Assembly (NCBI GenBank): GCA_041736305.1
Contig: JBGSTX010000243.1
Coordinates: 1-19,892 of the forward strand
Origin: Oligoflexus sp.
GTDB lineage: Bacteria; Bdellovibrionota_B; Oligoflexia; Oligoflexales; Oligoflexaceae
Direction of reading: 5' to 3'
Length of the DNA: 19,892 bases
A model generated the notes under the pieces. It had not been told where the DNA came from and searched no databases. It was given only the letters and a program-made list of their open reading frames with translations. Position numbers and translations under genes: made by a program. Positions within the stretch are counted from its first letter, which is position 1. The number at the start of each line of letters is the position of its first letter. Of this stretch, positions 15,974 through 19,892 are shown in pieces.

Positions 15974-17719
15974 TCAAGTGGTCCGGAGCGCTGCGGCAAT
16001 CACCCTCACGCCACAGGGTTCCAGGTTCAGAGTAAAAGCGGGGGAAGACACCGCGATATCTTGTCCTGAAAAGAGGTCGAAGAGTTGACGATCCTTCAGC
16101 AGTGCTTCTAAGAGATCAATGGTAATGAACTGCGGATTGTGGATATCCAGGTTCGCGACGACAAGATAGCTCGTGCTATCCGTAGCTGCCGCGCAATAGC
16201 GCAAAGCGGCGAGGACGGCAGGATGTTCGTGATCGACGAAACGAATGGAAGCTCCTTGTTGAAACTGAGGAATAGTAGCCAACCACTGGTTAACCTGCCT
16301 GATCAAACTGCTGAAGTCGGCTCCCTCTGCGAATTGCAGCTGCGGATTGCGGCCGATAAAATTGATTTTATTCAGCAAGCCTCGTTCAACGCCCTGACTC
16401 ATACCGGTAGCACCCGTCCCAAGCAGAGCCGAGACGAGGTAACGAGGTGCGGTGGAGCCGACCGCAGCGAATTCTTGGGCCGGCGTCCCGCTGTCGTGAG
16501 AGTTGACGGGACAAAACCAAGGCAGAAACGCGCTCGTTTCGTGCAGATAACGCAGGTAGCGGCGCAGCTCATGGGTAAAATGGTGTTCCCACAGCGTGCC
16601 GAGGAGAAAATCGATCTCATCCTGTTTGACTGTTAGAAGTAAGCGTTCATGTGACCCAAAAAATTCGCCCAAAATTCCAAGATTTGGAAATAACTGCCTG
16701 ATTTCTCTCGTTATGGCTGAGGCAAAGGGGGGATAGGTGCTGTGAAGATTATCCAGACGCAGCATGCCCTTTGTTCGTGCTGCATAAGCAGCCCAGTAGA
16801 GAGAATACGCGCGAAAATAGCTCCAAATCTGCTGCCGGGTTTCCGGATGTGGATGAGCATAATTGATGAGGACTAAATCATCCCATTTTTCCCAGCGATC
16901 CCCAGCCATGTATCCTGCTCGTTTCAAGCCATCACTTTCGCTCTGATCGGGAATGATCCAGTCCGGACATTCGCTGGCGATGCGGCTATCGACGGCAACG
17001 TGATTAAGCACCAGGTCCAGGCAGAGGCCAAGGCCGAGATCGCTGGCCTCTTGCACGAAGCTCTCCCAAGTTTCAAGGGCAGTAGAAACAAGGTCTCTGT
17101 CGAAGAGATCAGGTTCGAATTCAAACAGATCGCGGGCCGCATAAGGACTCTGCGAGTGCCCCTGCCGCGTTAGAGGTAAGAGATGCAGCATGTTGAAACC
17201 GAGGTCTTTGATGCGGGTTAGCTCAGCTGCCCAGGTATGCATGGGACCGAGTGCGCTGGGAATAGAGATGTACATGCGGAGGCCACAGAGCTGCTGCGGA
17301 TAGACCAGCAGCAAGAGGGGAGGGCCGCGCATCCAGAACCACTGCTGCCCGTCGAGCGTGTACTGAGCATATATATAGAAGCGGCCAGCGCCTTCGAGGA
17401 GTTTTTCTAGTACGAAAGCTCCGTCAGCCGCGGGTCTCAGGGCGAAAGTTCGAAATTCTCTGAAGGGCTGTGCAGCAAAGAGATTGCTGAGCAGGCGCAC
17501 GGCAGGAGCCGCAGGTGCTTGACTCGTGCGCAGCAGTACGCGCAGATTCAACAGAACTCCAACTGGCAGCACAGCTCGCTGTGAGGTGGGGCTTTGCAGG
17601 TCCCAGATGGCTTCATCAGCCTGCCCCATCCGCATTTGACTCGATGGAAGCGCTGGTATCGAAGCGACTTCCGCATTTTGCGGCCCTGTTTTAAGCATAT
17701 CCGCTGCCTTCCTCCCCAT
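15974..17719 (-). CDS. GH13 enzyme resembling the 4-alpha-glucanotransferase domain of eukaryotic glycogen debranching enzyme, with GlgE-like C-terminal half; start uncertain
   Basis: ALGPMHTW…DLGFNMLHLLPL…GHSQSPYA, DLVLNHVAVDS, WDDLVLINY, LRLDNLHST (nucleophile D), ILGEFF (acid/base E), VNSHD and YLVVANLD. Confidence 0.8.
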   Translation of the reverse strand: MGRKAADMLKTGPQNAEVASIPALPSSQMRMGQADEAIWDLQSPTSQRAVLPVGVLLNLRVLLRTSQAPAAPAVRLLSNLFAAQPFREFRTFALRPAADGAFVLEKLLEGAGRFYIYAQYTLDGQQWFWMRGPPLLLLVYPQQLCGLRMYISIPSALGPMHTWAAELTRIKDLGFNMLHLLPLTRQGHSQSPYAARDLFEFEPDLFDRDLVSTALETWESFVQEASDLGLGLCLDLVLNHVAVDSRIASECPDWIIPDQSESDGLKRAGYMAGDRWEKWDDLVLINYAHPHPETRQQIWSYFRAYSLYWAAYAARTKGMLRLDNLHSTYPPFASAITREIRQLFPNLGILGEFFGSHERLLLTVKQDEIDFLLGTLWEHHFTHELRRYLRYLHETSAFLPWFCPVNSHDSGTPAQEFAAVGSTAPRYLVSALLGTGATGMSQGVERGLLNKINFIGRNPQLQFAEGADFSSLIRQVNQWLATIPQFQQGASIRFVDHEHPAVLAALRYCAAATDSTSYLVVANLDIHNPQFITIDLLEALLKDRQLFDLFSGQDIAVSSPAFTLNLEPCGVRVIAAALRTT

Positions 17720-17822
17720 TGTCTTGCTAAGGCCCGCCCTCTCCTCTATTTTAAAGGCGAACCCTCAGCCCAGTTGAACCCTCTCTAGCCAGCGACACTG
17801 AGTTCGCAGAAGGAGGACAGTA

Positions 17823-19892
17823 ATGCGCGACCTTATCGACATCATCCTCGATAGTAACTCGTTCGAAGAGAAGGTGGCGGCCTTCCAAATCGCTTTTCGA
17901 AAGAGCCTCGAACACACCCAAGGTTCGATGCTGGATCGCTCGACCTCGCGCGAGCAACTCCTTGGACTTTGCGATACCGTGCGCCACCTGCTGATGCATC
18001 GATGGATAGCGACCCAAGGTCAGTATTATCAGACCAACACGAAAAGGCTCTACTATCTTTCGATGGAATATCTGCTCGGGCGCCTAGTCAAAAATGCCTT
18101 AATCAACTTGGAGCTCTTCGAAGTCGGCAAGAAAGCCTTGAGCGATCTAGGGCTCGACTTCGACGCCATCGCCGAACTGGAACCGGATCCAGGACTTGGC
18201 AACGGAGGTTTGGGTCGCCTGGCTGCTTGTTTTCTCGATTCGCTATCGACCCTCAGTTTACCCGTCTATGCCTATGGAATACGCTATGAGTTTGGAATGT
18301 TCAGGCAAGTCATAGAGAACCAGCAACAAAAAGAAATGCCCGATTCCTGGCTTCGCTACGGCTACCCGCTCGAGGTGGAAAAGAATATACATGCCTACGA
18401 AGTCGGCTTCGGAGGATCGAGCAGCTTCCACGAAAATTCAGCTGGAACGCTCCATGCTCAGTGGGACGCCAAGCAAAAAGTTCTGGCGGTGCCGCACGAT
18501 CTGCCTGTGCCGGGCTACGGCACGGGCAACGTCAACTCCCTTCGACTCTGGGCGGCTGAGGCAGACGAGGAGTTTCATTTCGCGATCTTCGATGGAGGGG
18601 ATTATGTCGGCGCGGTCATGGACAAGGTGGAGAGCGAGGTCCTCTCCAAAGTCCTCTATCCAAACGATTCTAACTACCTCGGCAAAGTTCTGCGGCTTAA
18701 ACAGCAGTATTTCTTGGTAGCCGCTTCACTCAAGGATATTATCAGACGCTTCAAGAGCGTCAATGCCTCGATACTCGATCTACCGGAGAAGGTGGTCATT
18801 CAGCTGAATGATACCCACCCGACTTTAGCGGTGCCCGAGCTGATGCGCCTGCTGATGGACGAAGAAGGAGTCGACTGGGATAGCGCCTGGCAGCTGACGC
18901 AAAAGACGATAGCCTTCACCAATCACACAGTCATGCCAGAGGCCCTCGAGTGCTGGCCCCTCAGCATGTTCAAAGAAATCTTGCCGCGGCATGCGCAGAT
19001 CGTCGAAGAAATGAATCGGCGCTTCCTCTTGAGTCTCAAGGAGCGGCCCATTTATGACCAGAGCTTTATCGACAAAGTGGCTCTTATTTCCAGGACGCAG
19101 CAGCCGGACGTTCGCATGGCTAACATAGCCGTGCTAGCTAGTTTTTCGGTCAACGGCGTTGCGGCTCTGCACTCCGAGCTACTCAAGGAGAAAGTTTTTC
19201 CGGAATTCCACAGTCTGTTTCCGAAGAAGTTCCATAACAAGACCAACGGCATCAGCCCCAGGCGCTGGTTGCTTTTGGCCAATCCCTCGCTGAGTCGGCT
19301 AGTCGAAGAGACGATAGGTCTCGACTGGGTGAGCAATCTAGAAGATCTCAAGCGACTCGAGGCCTACCAAAAAGATGCGGCCTTTCTGGAGAATCTGCAG
19401 GCAATCAAACAAAGGAACAAGGAAAAGCTGGCCGCCGTAATTGAGCGCGAGACGGGCGAGGCGGTCGATCCTCATTCGCTCTTCGATGTGCAGGTCAAAC
19501 GCATCCACGAGTATAAGCGTCAGCTTCTGAAACTGATGCAGTGCATCCATCACTATCATTTCCTACGCGACAACTATCAGGCCGATGTTCAGCCTCGGAC
19601 GGTGATTTTCGCCGGCAAAGCAGCGCCTGGCTATCGCATGGCAAAACTCCTGATTCATCTGATCCATGAAGTCGCCCGCGTCGTCAACACCGATCCACTC
19701 ACCCGGGAGAAGCTGCGGCTAGTTTTTCTGCCTAATTACAACGTCTCGCTCGCCGAACAGATCATCCCTGCCGCCGACCTTTCGGAGCAGATTTCTACCG
19801 CTGGAACCGAAGCTTCAGGTACGGGTAACATGAAATTCTGTCTGAACGCTTCCCTGATTATCGGTACTCTCGATGGGGCCAATATTGAAATC
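17823..19892 (+). CDS. glgP: Glycogen/starch phosphorylase (GT35), truncated by the window end
   Basis: SD AGGAGG at 17811-17816 and ATG at 17823. Motifs YYLSMEYLLGR, EPDPGLGNGGLGRLAACFLDS, QLNDTHP, FTNHTVMPEALE, NKTNGISPRRW, QVKRIHEYKRQ and EASGTGNMK (PLP lysine). The frame is open to the window end. Confidence 0.96.
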   Translation, partial: MRDLIDIILDSNSFEEKVAAFQIAFRKSLEHTQGSMLDRSTSREQLLGLCDTVRHLLMHRWIATQGQYYQTNTKRLYYLSMEYLLGRLVKNALINLELFEVGKKALSDLGLDFDAIAELEPDPGLGNGGLGRLAACFLDSLSTLSLPVYAYGIRYEFGMFRQVIENQQQKEMPDSWLRYGYPLEVEKNIHAYEVGFGGSSSFHENSAGTLHAQWDAKQKVLAVPHDLPVPGYGTGNVNSLRLWAAEADEEFHFAIFDGGDYVGAVMDKVESEVLSKVLYPNDSNYLGKVLRLKQQYFLVAASLKDIIRRFKSVNASILDLPEKVVIQLNDTHPTLAVPELMRLLMDEEGVDWDSAWQLTQKTIAFTNHTVMPEALECWPLSMFKEILPRHAQIVEEMNRRFLLSLKERPIYDQSFIDKVALISRTQQPDVRMANIAVLASFSVNGVAALHSELLKEKVFPEFHSLFPKKFHNKTNGISPRRWLLLANPSLSRLVEETIGLDWVSNLEDLKRLEAYQKDAAFLENLQAIKQRNKEKLAAVIERETGEAVDPHSLFDVQVKRIHEYKRQLLKLMQCIHHYHFLRDNYQADVQPRTVIFAGKAAPGYRMAKLLIHLIHEVARVVNTDPLTREKLRLVFLPNYNVSLAEQIIPAADLSEQISTAGTEASGTGNMKFCLNASLIIGTLDGANIEI

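Noticed and set aside
15771-15977. 68-aa minus-strand ORF in the GH13-GH133 gap, or a frameshift fusing the two enzymes
   Set aside because: TTG start with no recognisable features. The frames differ and stops intervene, and GH133 has its own complete N-terminus.
7369-16636. Long antisense ORFs (e.g. 7623-8216, 8223-8651, 11272-11871, 12672-13154, 13998-14420, 16139-16636)
   Set aside because: These are shadow ORFs opposite well-supported genes and contain no motifs.
17751-19559. Short ORF-track entries at the right end
   Set aside because: They are alternate-frame or antisense to glgP, which the track omitted because its stop lies outside the window.
1-19892. CRISPR arrays, tRNA/rRNA, IS or prophage genes
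   Set aside because: No regularly spaced repeats, cloverleaf signatures, transposases or integrases were seen by eye.

Overview
Bacterial chromosomal window of moderate GC. The gene style suggests Bdellovibrionota/Oligoflexia or Myxococcota, but that is inference only. From left to right it contains: (1) a lipoprotein with a C-terminal c-type cytochrome domain; (2) a ktrB-ktrA K+ uptake operon with an N-terminally extended KtrB, a possible 10-codon leader ORF, and a third gene for a two-TM sensor + HAMP protein with no output domain; (3) four small secreted proteins (a conotoxin-framework knottin-like protein, a 6-Cys protein, a Tyr/His-rich peptide and a DUF4142-like protein); (4) a single ORF of about 1340 aa fusing DNA topoisomerase III to a complete RecQ helicase with Zn site and HRDC; (5) a non-canonical glycogen/alpha-glucan locus. 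That locus has a compact stand-alone GH13 resembling the glucanotransferase half of eukaryotic glycogen debranching enzyme, then GH133 amylo-1,6-glucosidase, GT4 and GH57 on the minus strand, plus a divergent glycogen phosphorylase that runs off the right edge and is missing from the ORF track. The best leads are the TopoIII-RecQ fusion, the two-gene 'indirect debranching' system, the bacterial knottin and the Ktr-associated HAMP protein. No rRNA, tRNA, CRISPR array or mobile element was recognised.
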